64,000 bases of DNA from the human T2T-CHM13v2.0 reference genome, Homo sapiens. A program made the position numbers and the translations under genes. Every line of letters starts with the position of its first letter. Within the stretch, counting starts at the first letter, position 1. This document shows positions 26,444-40,818 of the stretch, in pieces. The DNA lies in assembly GCF_009914755.1 (NCBI RefSeq), contig NC_060930.1. The stretch is one strand, 5' to 3'. A model generated the notes under the pieces. It was given only the letters and a program-made list of their open reading frames with translations, did no database searches and was not told where the DNA came from.

Positions 26444-28875
26444 TTACCCAGGTATATATCTCTGGTTTTCCTATTACAAGCATGGGTTTGAGAGCCTTGG
26501 AAAATAAATTTTGAGGGAGGTTAGAAGCTATGGTTAGGAAGACCATAGGAGAAGGAAGGAGAAACCTCTCCTGTTTTGCAGGGAAGACAGAATGTGGCAC
26601 AGAAGTGATTAAAAGGTCAAAGGCATTCTATCCTCTTTGATTCACACATTTCTTGGATTTCACCCTTAACCTGAATCTCTAATGAACCAATCATATAATT
26701 GAATTAATTCATCCTTGCCAATTCGTGTTAGGCAGCGAGTTTGAGTACTATCAGAAGAAATTGTAACGGGGAGGAAAAAGGACAGGGTTTCCCAGACCCT
26801 TAAGAGTCTCTGGTATGGGGACTATTAAAAGCCACCTACTCAGAACAATGTCTGCAACTGAACTAACTGCACCAATCCTTTCAGATTTTCCAGCTACTTT
26901 TTAAAATCACTGACCTCAAATTTCATTGACTTCAGGGTGCATTGGAGTCACGCCTCAGTGCTTGCGTTTATGTTGCTCAAGGAGGCTGACACTGAGGGGT
27001 GCCAACAGCACACAGGATGTTTCTTTGTGAGGTGTTTATTTTCTTGCATTTCAAACCTTTCTTTTTAATGTAAAGCTCCTAGATTATTTTACTCTAGTAT
27101 TTTTTTTTCAATCATAAAGTGAAAAGCATATAGTCTTGTTAAGACAGTCTTACAGCTATAGCTCCAGATAAAGACATAGATAAAAATAGATATATAGATA
27201 GTATGTATGCTAAGTGGGAAAGCTATCAAATCTGTGTTAAGCATTTTCTCATATGTATATAACTTGGAGCATGCCCCAGGTATTCTTAAACTTGTTCTGG
27301 TTATACAATTCCTCATCAATAAAGGTTCAGACATAGTTAAAATTGGCACAAATAACAAAAATCCCCTGGTGAGATAGATACCATAGAATGACTTACTTCT
27401 CACTCATAAAACCAATTTAACATTTAAAACAATCTATTTCTCTTCACTTATTCCTTGCTCTTGCCGCCAGAATCACTGTCTTTCTCTTTCTCTCTTCTTA
27501 CTTATTCTTTGCTTTGTTCTCATTAATTAAACAATAGCTACAAAGCAGCCACAGAATGCATGAAGTCCAAGTCTAGTCTTGCAATCCGGATTAAGAAGAT
27601 ATAAACAATAGTAGTTTTTCCACAGGTGACTGTTGTTAAGTAAAATGTTAAATTGATACATTATATGCATATGTAAAGTATAGTGAGGTGGGCTGTAAAT
27701 TATGCTCTAAGAAATCTTTCTTTCTCTCTATGTATATACATATACATACATAATATGTTGATAAGCCCGTGCAAGATTATAGCAGTCGATGGGTAAGAAT
27801 ACCCAAGAGGTTTTCCCACTTAATGGTACTAGAATAAGCCCCTTTCTAAGGTAATCCATTTTCCTTCATGCTATTTAAAAATAAAACGGTACATTTTTCA
27901 ATTATGCACGTGAAGGCAATATTCAGCGGGCTGCTTAGCATTCAGAGGGGATTTCTGCGATCCACCCTGTCATTGCTGTTCTTGCCCTCGCTCTGCAGTA
28001 TGAGAAAACACTGTTATTTACCCTGGGACACAGGTGACTGAACTTATAAAAATCACTACAAGACAAGATGTATTGAGGCTTGGCATGGAATGACAAATTC
28101 TGGTAAGGTTCACCAAGAAGAGACATATTGATTCGTAAATGATTAATAAGGAGAATATAATTGTATTTCATTAAGATGGATGGGATTTCATTTAGTCTGT
28201 CTTCTCCCTTTCCAGTTCAGATGCGAGAGGAAATCGAGTCATCATCAATGGCACCTCATGTTAGCCTGCCATGGCAACAAGCTCATTGATTGAGTAAAAG
28301 AACTTTCAGATGCACTAGCTGGTCTTTAACGGGTTGCTGAAAGCACAGATAAGACGACTGAGGGAGCCGACTGAATTTCCATGGATATATACAAAGGGAA
28401 TGGAAAATCACAGTACGATTTTTCATTGGCTCCTGATAGAGCTAGGTCCTTGTATAATTCTAAAACTGGTGTATAAAACAATGTCCACGCCATTCATTTT
28501 GGTTATAACTATTAAGGGGAAGGGAGATGATGTCTGTGGAATTGCAAAGTAGTTTGCACTAGAATTTTCTATTACATATGCTCTAATAGGAGTATTTTCC
28601 TCTGTTACATTATGACTTATGTAATAATAATAGCTAAGGATTACTGAGGGTTTTTATTTTCTTTTCTGCATGATCTTGACCGTTTTTCGAAACAGTCCTT
28701 GTTGCTGGATACTATTTATGTCACCATTTTACAAATGAGAATGCCAAAGTTCAGAGTGACATCCATCTAAAAGAGGCCAGTTTCAGCCTTGAACCCATTA
28801 TACTCTAATCCCATTTTCAAAGTAACTCTTGGTTTTCTCAAAAGGCCTTTAAATGTATGGATAAGCCAATATGAG

Positions 28876-29090
28876 GGCAGCAATGTTGTGGTTAAGTGTG
28901 TGCACTTTGGTTGGACTCTGCCGAAGGCCAGCACCACCATTTAGTAGCTATGTGAACCAGTGAGTTACTTAAAACCTATACCTCCACTTCCTCATCTGCA
29001 AAATGGGGTTGTGGTAAGGCTGGAATAAGTTAATGCATGTAGCATGTTGAGAAGGCACTGTCTAAGCGCATGGCACATGGTAAGCATGTA
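28876..29090 (+). mobile_element. MIR
   Basis: gtggttaagtg…agctatgtga…cttcctcatctgcaaaatgggg…tggcacatggtaagc. Confidence 0.8.
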
Positions 29091-31124
29091 GGAAACAGCA
29101 ACACATGCCTGGGTCTGAGTTCTGCTCTGTCATGATGATTGGTGCCCAACGGGAAAAGCTCTTCCGCACCAGCGTTTTACAAGCCTAGCTCCTCCTTTTC
29201 CAAAACAAGTTCCCAGGCCATGGTCAATATCAACATTCAGGGGAAATACATTCTGTTCATTGTAGATATGACAGTGAGAATATTTGCTGAATAACAATTA
29301 AGCTATCTGATTGCGTAATAGTTAAAAGGTTTGTTTTTACCATCTGTGAATTAAAGCCAAAAATAACAACCAATTCATAGAATATTGTGACGGTTATAGG
29401 AGATGCAGCTTGTCAGCTGCTCAGCTCAGCGGCCTGGGCATGATTAGAATTCCACACATAATAGTGATTACCATCAGTATTATTATTATTAAGGCAACAC
29501 AGTGATCGTAGTAATGGTAAAACAGAGAGATCTACCTAATCCAAAATTCTATTCAACAAGGGAGTTTCTACATATAGCCACTATGGTTTCTAATTTTCAA
29601 AGAATCAGCATATAATAAAATGCTCTCAATAATAAAGCTGAACTGAATATATTATAATAACTTAATGAGGCAGAAGACATTTGAGATGCCTCAATTATCA
29701 ATGTGTTTCACAGATTCAAAAGTGTAACTTTATACATTTATTCAATAGATAAAACACTGACTAGGTCCGCTTAAAGTTGAAATAGATTTTTGGATTCTCT
29801 CAAAGTATAGGGCAATAACAAATATAGAAGTTTTCTGAAAAAAAATAAGCAAAATAGAAATAGTACTATTATTAGTTTTAAAATATTATAAAAGAATTTT
29901 AAATGAGACAAAAATAATATGATGGCAATATATGGCCTTTTACAAAGAGAGGAACTGAGGCAGGGAGGAGAAATAATTCTAGAATGACATGCTGGTTAGA
30001 GGTATGATGTGTCGGACCACAAGAATGATGTGATTCTGACTTTTCCTTTATTTACAAATCACTTTGGATAAACCGATGGCTCTTGCTGAGCCCCTGGGTT
30101 GGTGGAGGAGTAACATGCCTGGGAGTCGAGCATCCTAAGACGTGCACCCTGAGGACTGCAGGAAAAGTGCAGAAATTAGGTAGAAATAGGGCTTGTTTAG
30201 CATTCATGATGGCTAGGTGTCTTACTGCAGGTGTCTTAAGAAACTACCCAGTAACTCACTGAACCAGCAACTCTGTGCATGGCCTCCTGAGAGGTGAGGG
30301 ACACAAAGATTTTATCAAGAGTGAAGCATGTGTCTGTGTTCAAGTATCTTGCAAAATGAAGACAAAAGAAGTAGTTTGCAATTAGCTCTTAGTTCCTACC
30401 TTTCAAAGAAGCATCCGCCAGTCAGGTGAGATGAAACTGACCATGAAGAGAAGCTTGTATCTGTATAAAATGCAAACCTGTTTGGACAGCGGAATGGGGT
30501 TTGCTTCAAACTTCAGGGTGCATTTATATAAAGCAACAGAGAGTGCACTTTCTAATAAAAATAAAATGAAGCTCAAATGGCACAAGAGTCTCCTTATATT
30601 TAAAATGGTTCTCGTAAAGTAACATTTTGATGATTTAAATGGAAATGAATCAGAACATATAGATTAAATTTCCTTGAAAAACACATTGGCTTTTGTATAT
30701 TTTTTATTAAATTTTCATTTCCAATATCCTGAAGTAGGCTCCAGAAAAAAATTAAACAGGAAGGAAGAGTAACGAAAACATGTATTCAGCTCTGAGCATG
30801 ATGTTTTTCATAATATTTTGAGTAAATAATAGAAATTGAAAAAAAAAGTTGGTATGAACGCTTGCTATGCAATATATACTGGGGACTTTGCCTTTGAAAA
30901 CAAGATGGATTCAGAATATAACATCACCAAAGAGGTTGAAATATGAAATTTAATGTATAATATTTTTAAAACATAATTTTTCTCATTTAAGAATACTTTT
31001 AAGAGATTCCCTTATATAGGAACGTTTTTGAATACTATCTACAAGATAGGTCAAGATAAGACTTCAATTTGAAACTAAGTTTTAAGGGTAGATGTACACA
31101 GTAATGCTTATTAGAGGAATTTTC

Positions 31125-31457
<333 letters not shown>

Positions 31458-31869
31458 TAATCATCATTCAAAGGGCTTAAAAGAAGAGGCTTATGCAAAA
31501 AAATAGGAATGTACTGGAATCACCGGTATTAACAAAAGATTAACTTGATTAAACAGCACTGTGTATTATCTCATTTTATCTTCACAATGACCATGTTGCA
31601 GCCATCTATTGTTGTCACCATTTTATAGAAGCAGAAACGTGGGCTTATGGAGGCAAAGCAACTTGTCCAAGTTTATGTGCTTCGTATGGCATAGAGTAAT
31701 TCCTACCTCATGCTATGACCACTCCATCACACGGTCCCTCTTTCTGGATTGAGTCCCTTGATAGTGGTAGAGTTAAAAACAGTAAAAGCATTGTGTTTTA
31801 TTGTTTTCTAACTAGAGAATTCTTGTTTTGTCCTTTGTTCTGGGCCCTTGACAGGCCTTCAATGTAAGA

Positions 31870-32620
31870 AAATAACTTTTATTTGTCCAACATTTTGTGG
31901 ATAGTTGGCCTGGTTATAGAATTCTAGGCTGGAAATGATTCTTTTTCAGAATTTTGAAAGTAATGTGTTTTATTGTTTTCTAACTAGAGAATTTCAATGC
32001 CACTCTGATTTTTAATCCTTTTTGTGTGATCTTCTATTTTGTCTCTCTGGAAGTTGTCAGTATTTTGTTTTACCTCAACGTTGCCACAGTTTTATGACAA
32101 TTTACCAAATTGTTGATTCTTTATTGTCCTTTATGCTGGGCCCTTGATATGCCTTTTTAATCTGATTTTTTTTTTTTTTTGCCATTTACTACTAGAAAAT
32201 GCTATTTGTTTTGTTTATTATATTTCCCTCCCATTTTAACTGCTCTATATGTTTGAAAAAAATTTTTTTTGCAGGGGGTATTTTCTGTTTGTTTTTCTTT
32301 TCTGTTTCTACTTCCTGGAAATTCTTTCTTACAGCTTTTTATTGAATTTTTTACTAATTTCCTTTAGATGTGAAATTTCTGAGAACTCTTTTTGTGTTTT
32401 CTCATTGTCTCTATTTAATAGCATTCTGTCCCCATTTTGTAGCTGCTATATCTGTTAGAATCTTTCTGAAAATATAAATCATAGCTTTTAAGGGAAGATT
32501 TCTTCCGCTTGCATAATCTTAGTTTCCTCTAAGTTGTTGATTTTGTCTTTCTGCTTGTGTGAGTCTCCATCTTTTATGTCAATGGCTTTCCTCTGGTGCC
32601 TGGTAAACTTTATTGTTGTT
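31870..32620 (-). mobile_element. Old L1M (L1ME-like) fragment
   Basis: tggttatagaattctaggctgg…tttcagaattttgaa… is T-rich antisense L1-like sequence. Confidence 0.55.
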
Positions 32621-32900
32621 ATTTCAATATCTTTAAAAATGAGGACCAAATTGGAAGCTATAACCACATGGATGGAGCGTATCTATTCTGAGAGCCACTC
32701 TCTCTGGATCTCAGATTCCCCAGTCAAAACTCCAGCCTGGATGATGAAAGCCTGACTGCTTGTCTGTAGGGATGGGGCCTAAATTTTCATTGAGAATCCA
32801 AAATGAGACGAAGACCCATGGAAAATGCATGAAGTTGCAATGGACAATATGCAAGTTATAGTAGTCTCGCAAACTCCATACAAAAAGGCCCCACACAGAG

Positions 32901-33348
32901 TGTGATGGTTAATACTGAGTGTCAACTTGATTGGATTGAAGGATGGAAAGTATTGTTCCTGGGTGTGTCTGTGAGGGTGTTGCCAACGGAGAATAACATT
33001 TGAGTCAGTGGACTGGGAAAGACAGACCCACCCTCAATCTAGGTGGGCACCATCTAATCAGCTGCCAGCAAGGAATAGCATAAAAGCAGGCAGAAGAATG
33101 TGGAGAGATTAGACTGGTTTAGCCTCCCAGCCTACATCTTTCTCCCGTGCTGGATGCTTCTTGCCCTTGACTATAGAACTCCAAGTTTTTCAGCTTTGGG
33201 ACCCATACTGGCTTCCTTGCTCCTCAGCTTGCAGACGGACTATTGTGGGACCTTGTGATCATGTGAGTTAATACTCCTTAATAAACTCTCCTTTATATAT
33301 ACATTTACCTTATTAGTTCTGTCCCTCTAGAGAACCCTGACTAATACA
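32901..33348 (+). mobile_element. MLT2A1/MLT2A2 (HERV-L) solo LTR
   Basis: Starts tgtgatggttaatactgagtgtcaacttgattggattgaagg and ends ctgtccctctagagaaccctgactaataca. AATAAA present in the 3' part. Confidence 0.93.
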
Positions 33349-36000
33349 GTGAGTAGGCTTTTCTCTCTCTCTCTCTCTCACTCCCTCTCACTCTCATAAC
33401 AATAAGCTTTCTCTTTTTTTGCAAAGAGAGAGATGAATAATATGGTATGGCCCTTTTGTAGGTATCATTATTGTATCCTTGGACAAATACTTGGAGTTGT
33501 TTTGCTCCACCTTCCCCGGTGGCAGAGCCTTTCCATTGGGTCGTCTCATCCTCTTACCCTTACACACACTTAATAAAGGACCAAATACCATTAAAACTAA
33601 AAAATACAACCTTAGCTCTAACAGCAAATGTGTAAAGTATTTAGCATCTCACAAAAGCCCTGGGTAGTGCATCACAGTGCTTCTATAGGACAAGAATGAG
33701 AAGGTGAAGCTGTTGGTTTTCATCTTGACCCTGACCCGAACTTCTCAAGGCTTTGAAGTAATGTAACATGTGATGGCCAGGTTTTAATTCCAGAAGAAGT
33801 CATGCTGATACTCTGCATCCTGTCCATGCATCAGAGATGCACAATGAGGAGTAATTAGATACAAACAAAGTTGCCGGATGGGCAGTGGAAATGGGAGTTT
33901 CAATTATTTTTTAACAACCTGTTTACTGATTGTCTGGTGTTTAGTATTTTTCGGGTTTATGAGGTTCCTCATTGATGGCTTCAGGCAAGAAACTACAGAA
34001 AATTGATGGAGAGGATCCAAGAGGCCCTGGGCAATATTCTTTCACTCCAGAGTGTGAATACAATCTCTGAGTTTTACAGTTTTTAAACACAGGTGCAAGG
34101 CTTTCTGCTTGTTTGAGCGAGGAAAGTATTCTATTTGGAAAAAAAATAATAATGTGGTTCTCATTTGAGTGAGAGTTCTTGGCTTGACACGGTCGTGAAT
34201 CTCACTCAAAACACACAGAAAATCACTATTAAGTCACAGCATAGCCCACTCAGTGCTGGAGAAAAGGTGTTAAGTCATGTGAATGCGTTGTCTATCAGCT
34301 TAGATGGGAGTGGATTTTATACTTAAAGAATGCAAATTTCACCCTCACAAGAAAAAAAATGCACCATATTTAAAAAAGAATAATGATTATTTAATGTGGA
34401 AGATTGGTATATACATACATTATTATTCCTAGCAATAATACATATATTATTTGAAATGTGCATTTAGTTCTCCTTGAAGAAATTTATAATACTTTACATA
34501 GCTCTCTATATTGGTATTTGTTGCCCTAGTAAATTTGCCTGGTTATGTAGAGGTATTATTATTTCTATTTTACACATGGCAAATGAAGGGATTGAGTAAG
34601 CTTTTTGGTATTATACTATACCTCTGAGTCATGGCACATGGGGAAGATATAATCCAAGCTATTTGATTTCCAAATGAATGTTAGTGTGAATAAATAAAAC
34701 ACACAGAACCAATGTTTTCTTTTGGCAGCATCAATAAAAGTATTTTCTCTTTGTTAGTTGTGAAATGTGTTAGTAGGCAAATTTGAGTTCTTAAGAAACA
34801 GATCACCTAGTTTTTAGATGATATAGGCCCTTTCTTTTACAGTGGATTTTGTTTCCCCATTATGTAGATCTGAGGGTATTTTGTGACATCTTAGCATGCC
34901 CACTGGATAGTTGAAGGCATCCAGACTACAGAGTGTGCTAGCTAAGCCTCATGGTGCTTATTTCTGATTTCTGGCAGGGGAAGCTTTCTTCACTTCTAGT
35001 GAGCGTGGAGTCAGAAATTAACTGCATAACCCTGGGTCCAGACCTTTTCTCCAGTGTTGCCTCTTGTATGTTTCACTGTCAATCAAGAAGAAAACCATGA
35101 CATGGTTTGTTTCTCAGTACTCTATTTTTTAAAGTAAATGCATCTCTTAATCCTGCTTTGGAGCTCCCCCTCTCTCCACACATATGCTTTCTCCTTTAGT
35201 CAATCATTCGTTTTATTGGTTACAGTGTGACTACACTATTTCAGGCCTTTCCACAGCCGAGCACAGCTGCTCATGTTGGCTATTGATTCCATATGTTAGC
35301 TCAAAATTGTGTAACAGTCTCTTCTAATAGTTGCCTTTGGCTTTTCCTTTCCCCACTCAGAAAGGCACCCTCTGCCCCTGGCTTGGCACGTCAATAACTA
35401 GAAAAGGATCCTAATTATTTCAACCACTCATCGCCAAAAAGCACAAATAGTTGTCACGTGTTTGAACAACTAACCATGATTTTGGTTTATGTGGCTTCAT
35501 GCTACTCTATGGAAAACACTTTAAGAAACCAACACTGAATTTGCTGGTAGGAAGAAAATGTTGCTCCTGTGGAAGGTTTAGCAACCTCTAACTCCAAGGA
35601 AATTTCCTTGTTAAATTATTGTGTGATTATGTAAGCTTGTCTTATCTCCAAGTTATCCTTATATCCCACCACCCCTCTTTTCTTCTCTCTTTTGATCTCG
35701 TTTCTTTGTTTATAACTGTGAATGGAATATTTAGCTGTACATGAAGCCTAACATTTTCCCCAGGGAAGACAGTTTGGATCGCACCCAGGAAACTTCATCT
35801 CTGAAAGTTTTATGGAAACTCCATGTTGTTGCATGTGCTGAAAAACTCAATTCCTACCGAGTGGATGCTTTACCTGAGAATCTCTGGGCGTCTGAGTGAT
35901 TCAGAAGCTCATAATCTGGATCACAAAGAGCCTTCATAATGTCTCCTTCTAGTGCTTTAATAGCTTTTGTGTCATGGTGAGAAGCAAAACCAGTTATCAT

Positions 36001-36310
36001 GGCCAGGTGTGGTGGCTCACGCTTGTAACCCCAGCACTTTGGGAGGCCGAGGTGGGTGGATCAACTGAGGTCAGGAATTTGAGACCAGCCTGGCCAACAT
36101 GGTGAAACCCCGTCTGTACTAAAAATACAAAAATGAGCCGGGCATGGTGGCACACACCTGTAATCCCAGCTGCTTGGGAGGCTGAGGCATGAGAATCACT
36201 TGAACCCAGGAAGCAGAGGTTGCAGTGAGCCGACATCATGCCACCGCACTACAGCCTGGGTGACAGAGTGAGACTCTGTTTCAAAACCAAAACCAAAACC
36301 AAAACCAAAG
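36001..36310 (+). mobile_element. AluSx/Sz with (AAAACC)n tail
   Basis: Full dimer. TSD of about aaa(c/a)cagttatc. Confidence 0.95.
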
Positions 36311-36898
36311 AAACAGTTATCCTCTTTATGGCTGAAAGAAGAAGGCACACAATCTAGGCAGGGTCAGGAGGATCTACTCATCAGACATAGAGAAGAAAGT
36401 TCGGATCTCACATAACAGCCCTTTGGAATTGATCTCAATGACCAAAGCATACACAATTTTCAGGTTCTGAATCAACCAGCTGGAAGGGATGGAGCGTAAG
36501 TTGAATATAGTTTTGCAAGCTAACTTGAGAATCGGGCAAGAGGTCAAGAAGATTTTAGCCCTAAATCTCTTAATTAATTTTAGCTTTCTTCCACCTCTCC
36601 CTCCCTCTGGTAACCGGATCTAAGTCCTGTAGACCTTTCCTTTGCTACACTCACTGCCTTCTCTCATATATAGATCTGTTTTGTCTCATTTTTAGATTAC
36701 CGAAATATTTTCTCCACGTTCTCTATTTATAGTCTCCTTTCTCTTTGGTAAATCTCAGTGGTGAGTGGTCAAACTGATTCTGCCAAGAAAAAAAAAATTC
36801 AAACTTTTCCACTGGTGGTCACAGAAAACTAATAAACTAGTAAACTAGTTGTTTTGGTAAAACTAGTAAACTAGTTTTTTCTTTTGTTTTTTGGGCTT

Positions 36899-36924
36899 TG
36901 TGTGTGTGTGTATGTGTGCATGTG

Positions 36925-36956
<32 letters not shown>

Positions 36957-36957
36957 A
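36899..36957. repeat. Interrupted (TG)n microsatellite
   Basis: Directly visible. Confidence 0.9.
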
Positions 36958-39031
36958 TGAGAGGAGAGAGATGGAGGTAGTTATAAGGTTAAATAAATCA
37001 CCCTGAATAGCCTGTGTGAAGCGTAAAATGTCTTTAAGTCTCACATTTGATCTGATTCTTGCTAAATAGAATAATGTTTAACTTCCCAAGTCTTTGGGCA
37101 AAAAGAAGACTACCCAAAATAGTTCCATGTTTACCCTGTAGCTGCACAGACTGTTTCCCCCCATCCACACTGTCTCCTCTCCTCTCCTTCCCTGAGCAAA
37201 TTGCACAGACTTAGAATTTGAAAGCAAATCAAAGCTCTGTGCAAGTTGGCCAAGGGAACCTCGGATCCACCCAATTGTTTTGCTTATAATCACTTGACCA
37301 TTCTATACAAATCTTTCCTCCTATCTCTGTTTTAAGGTTTCATTACTCTGCTCTAAGATTTGCTACTATTATCCATTTAAAAATAGACTATCCTAATTAC
37401 TAAATAAGATGTTTTCTGACCTTCGATGTTTGTTTTCATGAGAACATTGACCAAACATGACCCAGCACTCTTAAGTAGACCAGAGTATGTGAATTCCTGA
37501 GGCATCACACAAATTCTCAGCTGTGTGAATGCACTTAAATTCCCAAAGACTAATGGGGATTCAATAATGAACATACATATTGTTCTAAATTGTTATTCTC
37601 ATAACCAGGCCCTTCCACTGCTCTCCCCTGTGTTGCTACAGCTCATTTCTAAACTTCTAGTGCTCTCTGTATTTTTCTTTGTCTTTCTCATTAAGCATGA
37701 AGTGATCAGTTCAATGCTTGGTATATAATAGGTGCTTAATAAAAACACCATGAAATAAATTGAAAGAAGAATGACGGTAGTGATAGCTGTAAGGCTGCAT
37801 TTAAATCTACAGAACGTTTCAAAATCAGAGTATGCCCAAGATCCACCTGTTTTTGGAGTTGTGAAATTTGAAATTCTCTCTATAAGGAAATTTGATGATT
37901 CAATGAAAAGGAAGGCTATTGTTGATGGGGCCAACATACATATGTTAGATAGCTATCCATACACATGATACATGTGTCAGGCTTCCACAAGTAGAAAATC
38001 ATCAAAGGGTTTTTGTAAGATTTTTAGGAAAATAAACTATTGGGATATATTTTCCTAAACGTATGTTCAGTTAAAAAATACTACATTTGACCTTCCTAAT
38101 CTATTATAGTCACTGCCAAAATATAATTTGTTTTGATTTTATACAGGTTTTTCCATAAGTAAGATAATTAAGGATTCTGCGTTTTCAATTTCAGAGAAAT
38201 TTGAGTTAAGCATTTTATGAGACCATGTGGGTACAGTTTGAATCTACTAAAGAAGGAAATTGAGCATTAAGCATAGCACCTTGCTCTTGCTCCACCGTAC
38301 CTTCTAAGGGCTCGCATGCAGAGAATACCTGTGATCCAGTGCCAGCTTTCATCACCGCTTTGCATAGCCAGCTTACATTAACTTGAAAGAGAGTTCCAGG
38401 TGCATTCAAGTTCTGCTGAAGAAATGGAAATTTGGAAGCTCTATTATTAGCTTAGGCCATTTTCAAATCACATGAGTAACAGACGGAGTAATGTCATTCG
38501 AATTTATTTTTTCTCCCTTTTTATCACTACTGTTTTTAGGACAGATGGAAAACTGAACCGGCACCTAAGTGTGTATAGAAATAGGTATAAGGATTGTTTC
38601 TGTGTGGCAAAACAATATGGACTTTCATTTCTTCACCAACACAGACCTCAATAGGATTTTTAAAATAAATGTTAACATAGGTGTAAAAGTTTAGCTATTT
38701 GGCTCCCAGGAAACAGGAGTCCTTTGGGATTAAGGAGTAGAAAACCATCCTAACAAGTAAAATAGAGAACTTATTGGAATTATATAGGGATAGCTCACAG
38801 AGCCTGAGGATCAAAAGCAGAGCCAGGTAGAAGCTGGCATCTCTGCTTTCTTTCTTGGTGTATATTCGACCCCCTTTTCTTTCTCCACTAAGGACTTGTT
38901 TTCTCTGATATGTTCATACACAACATTAATATGGCTGACATGGCACTAATTTTACTAGGCTTCTTAGTTCAATGGAGCAGAAAGACCCCCTAGTATTTCT
39001 GTCTCCAAACCAACCTTACATCATAACCCAG

Positions 39032-39574
39032 TGTAATGCCTACATGACCTAGGTGAATTTTTACACCACCTTAACTTTGCTTATCTCTAGGAAACAGGAT
39101 GCCTGAGTCAAAATATCCCCCTGTGACCAAACTGGCTAAGGCCGGTGGGATACAATGACAGCTCACATGACCTTGGAAGAACCTGTAACTTCCTTATAAT
39201 CTAATTTCTATGCTAAATGACGCTCCCACCAATGCCATGACAATTGACAATCACCATGACAATGACCAGAAGAAACTGCCAAAGGACAAAAATTCTAATT
39301 TTGAGAGGTTCTCCACCCATTCCCAGAAAAGACATGAACATTTCCCCCCTTGCTTTTAGTGCCCAACCCCTTCATTAAAGATGTCCTATATCTGTGGCTT
39401 CCCAGCTCTACTGAGTTGAGAAGTTGATTTGTGAGCCAGCTCTTGCTTCTCAGTTCCATGGCCATTGAATAAAGCCGGCGATATTTGACTCTCACTTTCA
39501 TTTTTATGTATTGGCTTTGTGGCACTGAACAGGTAAAGACCCCATTTTTGGGGAGACCAGCTTCTTCAGTAATA
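39032..39574 (+). mobile_element. ERV1-class solo LTR (MER41/MER4-group-like), probably inserted in an older MLT1-type LTR
   Basis: TG start, ctaaatgacgctcccacc…gccatgaca motif shared with the MER41 group, gaataaagc poly(A) signal, tattggctt…gtaata end. Subfamily and ends are uncertain. Confidence 0.65.
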
Positions 39575-39691
39575 GTATCTCTGGGCAATATGACTTTATT
39601 GGTCTAGCTCAAGGTTCAGATGAAGTATTCAACATTTGTCAAAGAAGGGCTGAGCAGGGCCGTGTGGTACAATTAGAGCAGCAAGAGCTCT

Positions 39692-40017
<326 letters not shown>

Positions 40018-40289
40018 TAAACATTGTGGATGCCTATTCCACAAGGCAACCAGTGCCATCAAGTAAATTGCTCGTTGCCTAATCAGGAATGCTGTAAGTA
40101 TGAACTGAGGTCCACCAGGGTACTCAGAAGATGTCCCTCACTCCTCATTCAGGCCTTTCTTTGTCTCTTCTCTTTTCTGTGTTTCAGTATTCCTGTGTGC
40201 TGATGTCTTCGTGTTTCCAACTGTCCTTCAAATTTTGCTCTTAACTTCTCTCCCTTTTCTTTGTCAAGGGAAATAGTGCTATGATAGAT

Positions 40290-40818
40290 CAGTGATTCTC
40301 ATACTTGAGCCTACATCAGAACCCCCTGGAGAACCCGTGAAAACACAGATTGCTGGGCCAACCCCCAGAGTATCCAACTAGGTAGGTCTGGAGCAGGACC
40401 CGAGAAATGCCATTTCTAACATATTCTCAGGTATCATGGACTGAGTTTCTACCCTTCTCCCCCAATTTATATGCTGAAGCCGTAACACACTATATTTGGA
40501 GATAGGATCTTTGAAGAGATAATTAAAGTTAAATGAGGTCATGAGGGTAGGCTTTAATCTAATATGACTGTGTCCTTATAAAAAGAGGAGATGAGGACAC
40601 AGGGAAAAGACGCCTATCTGCAAGCCAAGAAGAGAGGCCTCAGGAGGCCTGCTGACACCTTGATCTTAGACATTTTAGCCTTTATAACTGTGAGAAGTAC
40701 ATTTCTGTTTTTTAAGGCACTCAGTTCATGGTATTTTGTTATGGCAGTCCTGGGAGCTAATACACCGGGTGATGCTGATGCTGCCGCTGGTCTGGGGACC
40801 AAACATTTAGAACCATTG
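40290..40818. mobile_element. MER5A split by an MLT1A insertion
   Basis: cagtgattctca…acacagattgctgggcc…catttctaaca…cagg | gtgatgctgatgctg…ggacca…agaaccattg. Confidence 0.85.
40432..40764 (+). mobile_element. MLT1A/MLT1A0 MaLR LTR
   Basis: tatttggagatagg…gttaaatgaggtcatgaggg…gacaccttgatctt…gctaataca. 5-bp TSD tcagg/ccggg. Confidence 0.85.

Noticed and set aside
36826-36880. Repeated aaactagt palindromic motif
   Set aside because: A short slippage-derived repeat, too small to support a functional claim.
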